A stretch of DNA of 64,000 nucleotides from a phage: the sequence record PZ179880.1; one strand, written 5' to 3'. The position numbers and the translations under genes are program-made. A model generated the notes under the pieces. It did not search any database, was not told the origin of the DNA, and saw nothing but the letters and a program-made list of their open reading frames with translations. Below are positions 21,424 through 31,149 of this stretch, in pieces (positions within the stretch are counted from its first letter, which is position 1; each line of letters starts with the position of its first letter).

Positions 21424-22341
21424 TCAAAATTCATTAATGCTATTAGTTAATTTAGAAAGACCCGCTTTTACAAAATATGAATAAATTTTGCCACGCGGTG
21501 GTAATTTATATGAATTATAGTAATTCACAATGTTTGAAGCAATATTATCAGGAATATAATCAAAGTCAATTAGAACTAAATTTTCTTTATATCGATTATA
21601 TTCAGATTCAGTGAGAAGCACCTTAGCTTGCTCACGGTCATTAGCAATAGCTTCAACAATAGATGTTTTCATTGAAGGAGTTCGTTCACCTTCAACTCTG
21701 GTAAACCAAAAGTCAGATCGTACTTTAACTGAAGCAACGTTATCCTTTTTGTCGCCTTTAAGGATTTTAGTCATGCAATCAATTTCAGCAGAACCGCTTT
21801 TAATTTTAACCCATTTCTTATGCATCGGTGACCATTGCTTAACATTTGGATACTTGTGAAGTTGAGTAAAGTCACCATCCGATGAAATGATTAAAATTTT
21901 ATGTCCTTCTAAAGAGAACTTTTTAACAAGCACAGCAATGTGGTCATCTGCTTCATACTTATCAATATCCATAACAATGTATGGCATATAAGCTTTCAAT
22001 TCATCTATAACTTTATGACTGGATTCAAAATAACCTTCCCAGTCCCAAGTAGATTCTTCTCGTGCTTTTCCACGGTTTTTCTTATAATAATAAGCAAAAT
22101 CACGACGCCAGTATCCGGATTTTGCGTTATCGATACACAATACAATTTTAGTGTATCCAAGAGTTTTTGCTTTTTTGACATTAAACTTAATTGAGTTCAA
22201 TATCAAATGACGAACCATTGATAAGTTAATTTTTTCTTTATCTGGAAAGTTTACTAAAGCAGTTGAAAGCGCAATTTGACTAAAGTCAATTAAGCAAATT
22301 CCTTCTTTGTAATCTTCATCCAGCATCATTTCTAAATCCAT
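21424..22341 (-). CDS. rnh: RNase H / 5'-3' exonuclease (FEN family)
   Basis: 305 aa from MDLEMMLDEDYK; divergent from gene 34. Confidence 0.9.
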   Translation of the reverse strand: MDLEMMLDEDYKEGICLIDFSQIALSTALVNFPDKEKINLSMVRHLILNSIKFNVKKAKTLGYTKIVLCIDNAKSGYWRRDFAYYYKKNRGKAREESTWDWEGYFESSHKVIDELKAYMPYIVMDIDKYEADDHIAVLVKKFSLEGHKILIISSDGDFTQLHKYPNVKQWSPMHKKWVKIKSGSAEIDCMTKILKGDKKDNVASVKVRSDFWFTRVEGERTPSMKTSIVEAIANDREQAKVLLTESEYNRYKENLVLIDFDYIPDNIASNIVNYYNSYKLPPRGKIYSYFVKAGLSKLTNSINEF

Positions 22342-22370
22342 ATGAACCTCGTTCAATTAGTGAGATTTCT

Positions 22371-22400
22371 ATTATATACTATCCAAATCTTAAAGTAAAC
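22371..22400 (-). promoter_or_regulatory. early promoter for rnh operon
   Basis: GTTTAC, 16 bp, TATATAAT. Confidence 0.5.
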
Positions 22401-22403
22401 AAG

Positions 22404-22411
22404 TATAAATA
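22404..22411 (+). promoter_or_regulatory. late promoter TATAAATA for gene 34
   Basis: Exact TATAAATA ~35 nt upstream of gene 34 ATG. Confidence 0.7.
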
Positions 22412-22445
22412 CTTATTATTGAAAACACAATAGGAGCCCGGGAGA

Positions 22446-25400
22446 ATGGCCGAGATTAAAAGAAAGTTCAGAGCAGAAGACGGTCTGGACGCAGGTGGCG
22501 ATAAAATAATCAATGTAGCTTTAGCTGATCGTACCGTAGGAACTGACGGTGTTAACGTTGATTACTTAATTCAAGAAAACACAGTTCAACAATATGATCC
22601 AACTCGTGGATATTTAAAAGATTTTGTAATCATTTATAATAATCGTTTTTGGGCAGCAACGGATAATATTCCAAAACCTGCTGGAAGTTTTAATAGAATT
22701 CGTTGGAAAGCATTACGTACTGATGCCGTATATACAACCGTATCATCTGGACCATATCAATTAAAATCCGGAGAAGCAATTTCAGTAGATACATCAGTTG
22801 GTAATGACATTGAGTTTAATTTACCGCCTTCTCCGCTTGATGGAGAAACCGTAATAATTCAAGATATTGGTGGAAAACCTGGTATAAATCAGGTTAAAAT
22901 AAATTCTTCAAATCAGAGTATTGTTAATTTTAGAGGTGAACAAGTACGTTCAGTTCTAATGACTCATCCAAAGTCACAGATGATATTCATTTTTAATAAT
23001 CGTTTGTGGCAAATGTATGTTGCTGATTATAGCAGAGAAGCTGCGATTGTTACTCCATCGACTGCATATCAAGCACAATCTAATGATTTTATCGTGCGTA
23101 GATTTACTTCCGCTGCGCCGATTAATATTAAACTTCCGAGATTTGCTAATCATGGCGATATTATTAATTTCGTTGATTTAGATAAATTAAATCCACTTTA
23201 TCATACAATTGTCACGACATATGATGAAACAACTTCAGTACAAGAAGTTGGAACTCATTCTATTGAAGGCCGTACATCGATTGACGGTTTCTTGATGTTT
23301 GATGATAATGAAAAATTATGGAGATTGTTTGACGGGGATAGTAAAGCGCGTTTACGCATTATAACAACTAATTCTAATATTCGTCCAAATGAAGAAGTTA
23401 TGGTATTTGGAGCGAATAACGGAACAACCCAAACAATTGAACTTCAGCTTCCAACTGATATTTCCATTGGTGATACTGTTAAAATTTCCATGAATTACAT
23501 GAGAAAAGGACAAACAGTTAAAATCAAAGCTGCTGGTGAAGATAAAATTGCTTCTTCAGTTCAATTGCTGCAATTCCCAAAACGCTCAGAATATCCACCT
23601 GAAGCTGAATGGGTGACTGTCCAAGAATTAGTTTTCAATGGTGAAACTAATTATGTTCCGGTTTTACAACTTGCTTATATAGAAGATTCTGACGGAAAAT
23701 ACTGGGTTGTACAACAAAACGTTCCAACGGTTGAAAGAGTCGATTCTTTAAATAATTCTACTAGAGCAAGATTAGGCGTAATTGCTTTAGCTACACAAGC
23801 TCAAGCAAATGCTGATTTAGAAAATTCTCCGCAAAAAGAATTAGCAATTACACCAGAAACATTAGCTAACCGTACTGCTACAGAAACTCGTAGAGGTATC
23901 GCAAGAATAGCAACTACTGCTCAAGTAAATCAGAACACTACATTCTCTTTTGCTGATGACCTTATCATCACTCCTAAAAAGCTGAATGAAAGAACTGCTA
24001 CAGAAACTCGTAGAGGCGTTGCTGAAATTGCCACGCAACAAGAAACTAATACAGGTACTGATGATACTACAATCATCACTCCTAAAAAGCTTCAAGCTCG
24101 TCAAGGTTCTGAATCATTATCTGGTATTGTAACCTTTGTATCTACTGCAGGAGCTACTCCAGCTTCTAGTCGTGAATTAAATGGTACAAATGTTTATAAT
24201 AAAAACACTAATAATTTAGTTGTTTCGCCTAAAGCTTTGGATCAGTATAAAGCTACTCCAACGCAACAAGGTGCAGTAATTTTAGCAGTTGAAAGTGAAG
24301 TAATTGCTGGACAAAGCCAAGAAGGATGGGCAAATGCGGTTGTAACGCCAGAAACGTTACATAAAAAGACATCAACTGATGCAAGAATTGGTTTAATTGA
24401 AATTGCTACGCAAAGTGAAGTTAATACAGGAACTGATTATACTCGTGCAGTCACTCCTAAAACTTTAAATGACCGTAAAGCAACTGAAAGTTTAAGTGGT
24501 ATAGCTGAAATTGCTACACAAGTTGAATTCGACGCAGGCGTCGACGATACTCGTATCTCTACACCATTAAAAATTAAAACCAGATTTAATAGTACTGATC
24601 GTACTTCTGTTGTTGCTCTATCTGGATTAGTTGAATCAGGAACTCTCTGGGACCATTATACCCTTAATATTCTTGAAGCAAATGAGACACAGCGTGGTAC
24701 ACTTCGTGTGGCTACGCAAGTTGAAGCTGCTGCAGGAACATTGGATAATGTTCTAATAACTCCTAAAAAGCTTTTAGGTACTAAATCTACTGAAGCGCAG
24801 GAAGGCGTTATTAAAGTTGCAACTCGGTCTGAAACTGTAGCTGGAACGTCAGCAAATACTGCTGTATCTCCAAAAAATTTAAAATGGATTGTGCAGAGTG
24901 AACCTACTTGGGCAGCTACTACTGCGATAAGAGGTTTTGTTAAAACCTCATCTGGTTCAATTACGTTCGTTGGTAATGATACAGCTGGTTCTACGCAGGA
25001 CTTAGAACTATATGAGAAAAATAACTATGCAGTATCACCATATGAATTAAACCGCGTATTAGCAAATTATTTGCCGTTAAAAGCAAAAGCTGTAGATAGT
25101 AATTTATTAGATGGTTTAGATTCACTCCAGTTCATTCGTAGGGATATTGCGCAGACGGTTAATGGTTCACTAACCTTAACACAGCAAACGAATCTGAGTG
25201 CCCCTCTTGTATCATCTAGTACTGCTACATTTGGTGGATCAGTTTCAGCAAATAGTACATTAACTATTTCTAATACTGGAACGGCAACTCGTCTGATTTT
25301 TGAGAAAGGACCTCAAACTGGAACAAACCCGGCTCAAACGATGACAGTCAGAGTGTGGGGAAATCAATTTAGTGGGGAGTCAGACACAACACGTTCTACT

Positions 25401-26315
25401 GTATTTGAAGTTAGTGATGAAACTTCTAGTCATTTTTATTCTCAGCGTAATAAAGCTGGTAATATAACATTTAATATCAACGGTACAGTAACACCGATAA
25501 ATGTGAATGCTTCAGGAACATTGAATGCGAATGGCGTTGCAACATTTGGTAATTCAGTCACTGCAACTGGTGAAATTATTTCTCGAAGCGCAAATGCTTT
25601 CCGTGCTATTAATGGAAATTACGGTTTCATTATTCGTAATGACGGGTCAGTAACGAATTTTATGCTTACTGCATCAGGCAATCAAACTGGTGGATTTAAT
25701 GGATTGCGTCCATTGTCCATTAATAATCAATCTGGGCAGGTCACAATTGGTGAAAGCTTGATCATTGCTAAAGGTGCTACTATAAATTCAGGTGGTTTAA
25801 CTGTTAACTCGAGAATTCGTTCTCAAGGTGTTAAAACATCTGATTTATATACCCGCGCTCCGACATCTGATACCGTAGGATTCTGGTCAATCGATATTAA
25901 TGATTCAGCCACTTATAACCAGTTCCCGGGTTATTTTAAAATGGTTGAAAAAACTAATGAAGTTACTGGACTTCCATACTTAGAACGTGGCGAAGAAGTT
26001 AAATCTCCTGGTACATTGACTCAGTTTGGTAACACACTTGATTCACTTTACCAAGATTGGATTACTTATCCAACGACTCCAGAAGCACGTACCACTCGCT
26101 GGACACGTACATGGCAAAAAACTAAAAACTCTTGGTCAAGTTTTGTTCAGGTATTTGACGGAGGTAACCCTCCTCAACCTTCAGATATAGGAGCGATCCC
26201 ATCTGATAATGGAATAATAGGTAATCTTACTATTCGTGATTTCTTACGAATTGGTAATGTTCGCATTATTCCTGACCCAGTGAATAAAACTGTTAAATTT
26301 GAATGGGTTGAATAA
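22446..26315 (+). CDS. 34: long tail fibre proximal subunit gp34
   Basis: 1289 aa; repeated tail-fibre motifs (ITPKKL..TATETRRG..IAT); late promoter TATAAATA upstream. Confidence 0.95.
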   Translation: MAEIKRKFRAEDGLDAGGDKIINVALADRTVGTDGVNVDYLIQENTVQQYDPTRGYLKDFVIIYNNRFWAATDNIPKPAGSFNRIRWKALRTDAVYTTVSSGPYQLKSGEAISVDTSVGNDIEFNLPPSPLDGETVIIQDIGGKPGINQVKINSSNQSIVNFRGEQVRSVLMTHPKSQMIFIFNNRLWQMYVADYSREAAIVTPSTAYQAQSNDFIVRRFTSAAPINIKLPRFANHGDIINFVDLDKLNPLYHTIVTTYDETTSVQEVGTHSIEGRTSIDGFLMFDDNEKLWRLFDGDSKARLRIITTNSNIRPNEEVMVFGANNGTTQTIELQLPTDISIGDTVKISMNYMRKGQTVKIKAAGEDKIASSVQLLQFPKRSEYPPEAEWVTVQELVFNGETNYVPVLQLAYIEDSDGKYWVVQQNVPTVERVDSLNNSTRARLGVIALATQAQANADLENSPQKELAITPETLANRTATETRRGIARIATTAQVNQNTTFSFADDLIITPKKLNERTATETRRGVAEIATQQETNTGTDDTTIITPKKLQARQGSESLSGIVTFVSTAGATPASSRELNGTNVYNKNTNNLVVSPKALDQYKATPTQQGAVILAVESEVIAGQSQEGWANAVVTPETLHKKTSTDARIGLIEIATQSEVNTGTDYTRAVTPKTLNDRKATESLSGIAEIATQVEFDAGVDDTRISTPLKIKTRFNSTDRTSVVALSGLVESGTLWDHYTLNILEANETQRGTLRVATQVEAAAGTLDNVLITPKKLLGTKSTEAQEGVIKVATRSETVAGTSANTAVSPKNLKWIVQSEPTWAATTAIRGFVKTSSGSITFVGNDTAGSTQDLELYEKNNYAVSPYELNRVLANYLPLKAKAVDSNLLDGLDSLQFIRRDIAQTVNGSLTLTQQTNLSAPLVSSSTATFGGSVSANSTLTISNTGTATRLIFEKGPQTGTNPAQTMTVRVWGNQFSGESDTTRSTVFEVSDETSSHFYSQRNKAGNITFNINGTVTPINVNASGTLNANGVATFGNSVTATGEIISRSANAFRAINGNYGFIIRNDGSVTNFMLTASGNQTGGFNGLRPLSINNQSGQVTIGESLIIAKGATINSGGLTVNSRIRSQGVKTSDLYTRAPTSDTVGFWSIDINDSATYNQFPGYFKMVEKTNEVTGLPYLERGEEVKSPGTLTQFGNTLDSLYQDWITYPTTPEARTTRWTRTWQKTKNSWSSFVQVFDGGNPPQPSDIGAIPSDNGIIGNLTIRDFLRIGNVRIIPDPVNKTVKFEWVE
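23860..24110 (+). repeat. ~120-bp tandem repeat units within gene 34
   Basis: actgctacagaaactcgtagagg at ~23875 and ~23995; atcatcactcctaaaaagct at ~23960 and ~24075. Confidence 0.6.
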
Positions 26316-26323
26316 GAGGTATT

Positions 26324-27439
26324 ATGGAAAAATTTATGGCAGAGTTTGGACAAGGATATGTCCAAACGCCATTTTTATCGGAAAGCAATTCAGTAAGATA
26401 TAAAATAAGCATAGCGGGCTCTTGCCCGCTTTCTACTGCAGGGCCATATGTTAAATTTCAGGATAATCCCGTTGGAAATCAAACATTTAGTGCAGGTCTT
26501 CATTTAAGAGTTTTTGACCCTTCTACGGGAGCATTAGTTGATAGTAAGTCATATGCTTTTTCTGCTTCAAACAATACAACATCTGCCGCTTTTGTCAGTT
26601 TTATGAATTCTTTGTCAAACAATAGACTTGTTGCTATATTAACTAGCGGAAAGGTTAATTTTCCTCCTGAAGTGGTATCTTGGTTAAGGGGAGCAGGAAC
26701 TTCAGTTTTTCCATCAGATTCAGTATTGTCAAGATTTGACGTATCATATGCTGCTTTTTATACTTCTTCTAAAAGAGCTATTGCATTAGAGCATGTTAAA
26801 CTAAGTAATAGAAAAAGCACAGATGATTATCAAACTATTTTAGATGTTGTATTTGATAGTTTAGAAGACGTCGGAGCTACGGGATTTCCTAAAAGAACAT
26901 ATGAAAGTGTCGAGCAATTTATGTCAGCGGTTGGTGGAACTAACAACGAAATTGCGCGATTGCCAACTTCAGCTGCTATAAGTAAACTATCTGATTATAA
27001 TTTAATTCCTGGTGATGTTCTTTATCTTAAAGCACAGTTATATGCTGATGCTGATTTACTTGATCTTGGAACTACAAATATATCTATCCGTTTTTATAAT
27101 GCATCAAATGGATATATTTCTTCAACACAGGCTGAGTTTACTGGGCAAGCTGGGTCATGGGAATTAAAGGAAGATTATGTAGTTGTTCCTGAAAATGCAG
27201 TCGGATTTACTATATATGCGCAGAGAACTGCTCAAGCTGGTCAAGGCGGAATGAGGAATTTAAGCTTTTCTGAAGTATCAAGAAATGGCGGCATTTCAAA
27301 ACCTGCCGAATTTGGCGTCAACGGTATTCGTGTTAATTATGTCTGTGAATCGGCTTCACCTCCAGATATAATGGTACTTCCTACACAAGCCTCTTCTAAA
27401 ACTGGCAAAGTGTTTGGGCAAGAATTTAGAGAAGTTTAA
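26324..27439 (+). CDS. 35: long tail fibre hinge/connector gp35
   Basis: 371 aa; follows gene 34 by 8 nt; terminator downstream. Confidence 0.9.
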   Translation: MEKFMAEFGQGYVQTPFLSESNSVRYKISIAGSCPLSTAGPYVKFQDNPVGNQTFSAGLHLRVFDPSTGALVDSKSYAFSASNNTTSAAFVSFMNSLSNNRLVAILTSGKVNFPPEVVSWLRGAGTSVFPSDSVLSRFDVSYAAFYTSSKRAIALEHVKLSNRKSTDDYQTILDVVFDSLEDVGATGFPKRTYESVEQFMSAVGGTNNEIARLPTSAAISKLSDYNLIPGDVLYLKAQLYADADLLDLGTTNISIRFYNASNGYISSTQAEFTGQAGSWELKEDYVVVPENAVGFTIYAQRTAQAGQGGMRNLSFSEVSRNGGISKPAEFGVNGIRVNYVCESASPPDIMVLPTQASSKTGKVFGQEFREV

Positions 27440-27444
27440 ACTGA

Positions 27445-27470
27445 GGGAGCCTTCGGGTTCCCTTTTTCTT
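27445..27470 (+). terminator. intrinsic terminator downstream of gene 35
   Basis: GGGAGCC-UUCG-GGUUCCC followed by UUUUUCUUU. Confidence 0.65.
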
Positions 27471-27478
27471 TATAAATA
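27471..27478 (+). promoter_or_regulatory. late promoter TATAAATA for gene 36
   Basis: Exact TATAAATA directly after gene 35 terminator. Confidence 0.65.
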
Positions 27479-27501
27479 ATATTAAAATAAAGGGGCATAT
27501 A

Positions 27502-28152
27502 ATGGCTGATTTAAAAGTAGGTTCAACTGTGGGTGGATCTGTCATTTGGCATCAAGGAAATTTTCCATTGAATTCAGCCGGTGACGATGTACTCTACAAA
27601 TCATTTAAAATATATTCAGAATATAATAAACCACAGGCAGCTGATAACGATTTCGTTTCTAAAGCTAATGGTGGTACTTACACCGGTCCAATTACTATTA
27701 ATTACGGGGTAAATAGTTATCTTCAATTAAGTAATAATGAAACCCCTATCCGAATTCGTTCTGGTGGCGGCACCGGTAATACTCTTGTAATCGGTGGCTC
27801 TTCTGGTGGTATTAGTTTTAGACCTGCAGGTAGTGAAATCACTACTGGACAAATTACTATTACGCCAGAAGGTTTGACAACATTCACTAAAGCTGTAAAG
27901 GCTCCATCTGTAACTGTTACATCTACTCCTTCCGCAGCATCAGATGCTACTCGTAAAGATTATGTTGATGGAGCAATAAATACTGTTACAGCAAATGCAA
28001 ACTCTAGAGTGTTACGATCTGGTGACACCATGACAGGAAATTTAACTGCGCCAAACCTTTTTTCACAGAATCCTGCATCTCAACCTTCACACGTTCCACG
28101 ATTTGACCAAATCGTAATTAAGGATTCTGTTCAAGATTTCGGCTATTATTAA
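27502..28152 (+). CDS. 36: long tail fibre distal connector gp36
   Basis: 216 aa; late promoter TATAAATA at 27471-27478. Confidence 0.9.
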   Translation: MADLKVGSTVGGSVIWHQGNFPLNSAGDDVLYKSFKIYSEYNKPQAADNDFVSKANGGTYTGPITINYGVNSYLQLSNNETPIRIRSGGGTGNTLVIGGSSGGISFRPAGSEITTGQITITPEGLTTFTKAVKAPSVTVTSTPSAASDATRKDYVDGAINTVTANANSRVLRSGDTMTGNLTAPNLFSQNPASQPSHVPRFDQIVIKDSVQDFGYY

Positions 28153-28160
28153 GAGGACTT

Positions 28161-31112
28161 ATGGCTACTTTAAAACAAATACAATTTAAAAGAAGCAAAA
28201 CCGCAGGTCAACTTCCTGCTGCTTCAGTATTAGCCGAAGGTGAATTGGCTATTAATTTAAAAGATAAAACAATTTTCACAAAAGATGACTCAGGCAATGT
28301 TATAGAATTAGGTTTAAAATATGGAGGAACAATTGATGGTTCTTTAACTGTTAATGGAAATATAATTGGAAATTTAACAGGTAACGCTGCAACTGCAACG
28401 AAATTAAAAACAGCACGAAAAATTAATGGTATATCCTTTGATGGGTCAAAAGATATCACGCTAACTCCATCTGACATAAATGTCAATAGCACAACATTTA
28501 TAAAAAATAACGGCGAATTACCTGTTGATGCTAATTTAGATGAGTACGGGCCTGTTGAAGAATATCTTGGAGTTTGGTCGAAAGCAACTTCAACCAACGC
28601 TCAACCAGCAAATAAATTTCCAGAAGAAAATGCTGTAGGTGTGCTAGAAGTATTTGTAGCCGGTCAATTTGCTGGTACTCAGAGATATACAACTAGATAC
28701 GGAAATGTTTATATTCGTTCCTTGACTGCTACATGGAACGGAGTAAATGGTCCGTGGAGTGTGTGGCGAAATATTCAATCCGGTACTCGTCCACTGTCAA
28801 CAACAATTGATCTTAATGATCTAGGAGGCGCTGAACACTTTGGTTTGTGGCGAAATAGTTCAAATTCCATTGCTACCTTTGACAGAAATTTCCCAGAAGA
28901 GGGGTCGTCAGCTAAAGGTCTTTTGGAAGTATATGAAGGGGGAAGCTATTCTCGTACACAAAGATATACAACCATGTTTGGTGTTGTTTATACTCGCTGT
29001 CTTACTGCTGCGTGGGATGCTTCTGCGCCTAAATGGGGACCGTGGCAACAAGTCGGTAATGTCACACCAGCGACTTTTTATGATGGAGATCTGAATGATT
29101 TTAAAACTCCTGGGTTATATAATATTTTAGGCACTGATGCCGTTATTAATTGTCCTACAGGCGAAGGTTTACCAGCCGTTATTGTTGGTTTGCTGGAAGT
29201 TAAACAGCGTGCTTCTGGCGGTGCTATTTTCCAAAAATTTACTACTGCCGGAACAGGTGCAACTACTCGCGATCGTATTTTTGAGCGTGCATATACTGGT
29301 GGTGCGTGGGGTGCATGGAACGAAGTATATACATCTTATTCTCTGCCAATTACTTTGGGTATGGGTGGCATTAAAGCTCAATTAGCGGAGTTAGATTGGC
29401 AAACCTTTGATTTTGTCCCTGGTAGTATGTTTAGCGTTCCTTTGAATAAAATAAAGAACATGCCAGCAAATATGAATTGGGGGACGATTGATGGAAACTT
29501 GGTTATGTTTTCTGTCGGTCCTAGCGAGCATACTGGCACAGGGCGTACTGTTCAGGTTTGGCGTGGTACTGTATCCCAGACAAACTACCGTTATTTTGTC
29601 GTTCGTGTATTCGGTAATTCAGGAAATAGAACTTGCACAGTTCGTCGTGTTGTTCTTGAAGACGGATCACATACTTGGACTGCTCAACAAAACTTTAGAG
29701 GATTGTTGAATATCACTGCTGTTGTTAATCTTGGCGCTAATCAGAAAATTTCACTTGCTCCAGGAGCATATATTCAAGCCCCTGCTAGCGGTTCTGGTTC
29801 TAATACTTACGCAAATCAGAATACTACTATTGCGCCATTATATCAGGCCATTGACGATTCAAATAAAAACCAGTTTGCTCCTATTGTAAAACAGAAAAAC
29901 ACTGTAACAAATATTACTATGGCTTCTGGTATGGATATTGCTAGTTCAGAATATCGTATCATTGCTCAAGGTGATTTATCCGCTACTGGAACTACAGCTA
30001 ATGAATTAGCTACATGGCGTTTCTTGCCGTCTGGCCGATTCATGTCACAAAGCCGAGTTTATGCTGGCGCAGCATTCTTGAACACTGATGGTAACATTGC
30101 TGGTTCAATCTGGAAGAAATACAACAATGCAACCAACTTAGACGCTGCTTTGAATACTCGCGTAGGTAAAAGCGGTGATACGATGACAGGTCGGTTAACA
30201 ATCAATGCACCTAATGATGTTATTGTATTATCAACAACTGCTAGTAATTCTTTGTATATTCGCGGTGATATAGACGGGACTGGTAACTGGTATATTGGTA
30301 GGGGTGGTGGTGATGATAATGGATTAGCGTTCCATAGTTATGCTAATAATGCTGGTGTATACATTACAAACAATGGTGAGATTGCGTTAAACCCGCAAAA
30401 TACCGCAATGGTTAACGTTAACCGTGACCGTGTACGCATTAACGGTTCTGGATGGATTGCTAGACAACCGGGTGATTGGGGCAACCAATGGCGAGTAGAA
30501 GCTCCATTATTCGTTGATCATGGTTATGTTTCACCGGATTGTTATTATCCAATTATTAAAGGAAGAAGTGTAATCACCAATCAAGGATATAGCACCGCTG
30601 TTGACTTTGGTATGCGTCGTATTCCATCACAGTGGGGGCAAGCAATCATTCGTGTCGGATCCACGGAGGCTTCTCCTGATGCTGGACACCCACAAGCTGT
30701 GTTTGAATTCCATCATGATGGATTCTTTTATACACCAGGAAATGGTAGCTTTAGCGATGTGTATATTCGTTCTGACTCCCGTCTCAAGATTAATAAAGAA
30801 GAATTAGAATATGGAGCAGTCGAAAAAGTTTGCCGACTGAAAGTTTATATTTACGATAAAGTTAAGTCTATTAAAGACCGTAGTGTTATTAAACGTGAAG
30901 TTGGTATTATTGCTCAGGACCTTGAAAAGGAATTACCGGAAGCTGTATCTAAGGTTGAAGTTGATGGATCTGATGTTCTGACAATTTCTAACTCTGCTGT
31001 GAATGCTCTTTTAATTAAGGCTATTCAGGAAATGAATGAAGAAATTAAAGAATTGAAAACGCCTCTCTTTACTAAAATTGCTCGCAAAATTAGTAAATAT
31101 TTTAAATTCTAA
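28161..31112 (+). CDS. 37: long tail fibre distal subunit gp37 with C-terminal intramolecular-chaperone (S74-like) domain
   Basis: 983 aa; three internal ~60-aa repeats; C-terminus SDSRLKINKEELEY... typical of auto-cleaving chaperone domains. Confidence 0.9.
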   Translation: MATLKQIQFKRSKTAGQLPAASVLAEGELAINLKDKTIFTKDDSGNVIELGLKYGGTIDGSLTVNGNIIGNLTGNAATATKLKTARKINGISFDGSKDITLTPSDINVNSTTFIKNNGELPVDANLDEYGPVEEYLGVWSKATSTNAQPANKFPEENAVGVLEVFVAGQFAGTQRYTTRYGNVYIRSLTATWNGVNGPWSVWRNIQSGTRPLSTTIDLNDLGGAEHFGLWRNSSNSIATFDRNFPEEGSSAKGLLEVYEGGSYSRTQRYTTMFGVVYTRCLTAAWDASAPKWGPWQQVGNVTPATFYDGDLNDFKTPGLYNILGTDAVINCPTGEGLPAVIVGLLEVKQRASGGAIFQKFTTAGTGATTRDRIFERAYTGGAWGAWNEVYTSYSLPITLGMGGIKAQLAELDWQTFDFVPGSMFSVPLNKIKNMPANMNWGTIDGNLVMFSVGPSEHTGTGRTVQVWRGTVSQTNYRYFVVRVFGNSGNRTCTVRRVVLEDGSHTWTAQQNFRGLLNITAVVNLGANQKISLAPGAYIQAPASGSGSNTYANQNTTIAPLYQAIDDSNKNQFAPIVKQKNTVTNITMASGMDIASSEYRIIAQGDLSATGTTANELATWRFLPSGRFMSQSRVYAGAAFLNTDGNIAGSIWKKYNNATNLDAALNTRVGKSGDTMTGRLTINAPNDVIVLSTTASNSLYIRGDIDGTGNWYIGRGGGDDNGLAFHSYANNAGVYITNNGEIALNPQNTAMVNVNRDRVRINGSGWIARQPGDWGNQWRVEAPLFVDHGYVSPDCYYPIIKGRSVITNQGYSTAVDFGMRRIPSQWGQAIIRVGSTEASPDAGHPQAVFEFHHDGFFYTPGNGSFSDVYIRSDSRLKINKEELEYGAVEKVCRLKVYIYDKVKSIKDRSVIKREVGIIAQDLEKELPEAVSKVEVDGSDVLTISNSAVNALLIKAIQEMNEEIKELKTPLFTKIARKISKYFKF

Positions 31113-31116
31113 CAGC

Positions 31117-31137
31117 AAGGGGGAAATTTCCCCCTTT
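31117..31137 (+). terminator. stem-loop downstream of gene 37 (weak terminator)
   Basis: GGGGGAAAUUUCCCCC palindrome followed by UUUGG. Confidence 0.4.
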
Positions 31138-31149
31138 GGAGTATAAATT

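Noticed and set aside
23862-24104. Minus-strand ORFs inside the plus-strand tail-fibre genes (23862-24104, 26174-26365, 28208-28597, 29169-29381, 31717-31899)
   Set aside because: Antisense to long, clearly coding late genes; the first is produced by the gene 34 tandem repeats. No independent signals.
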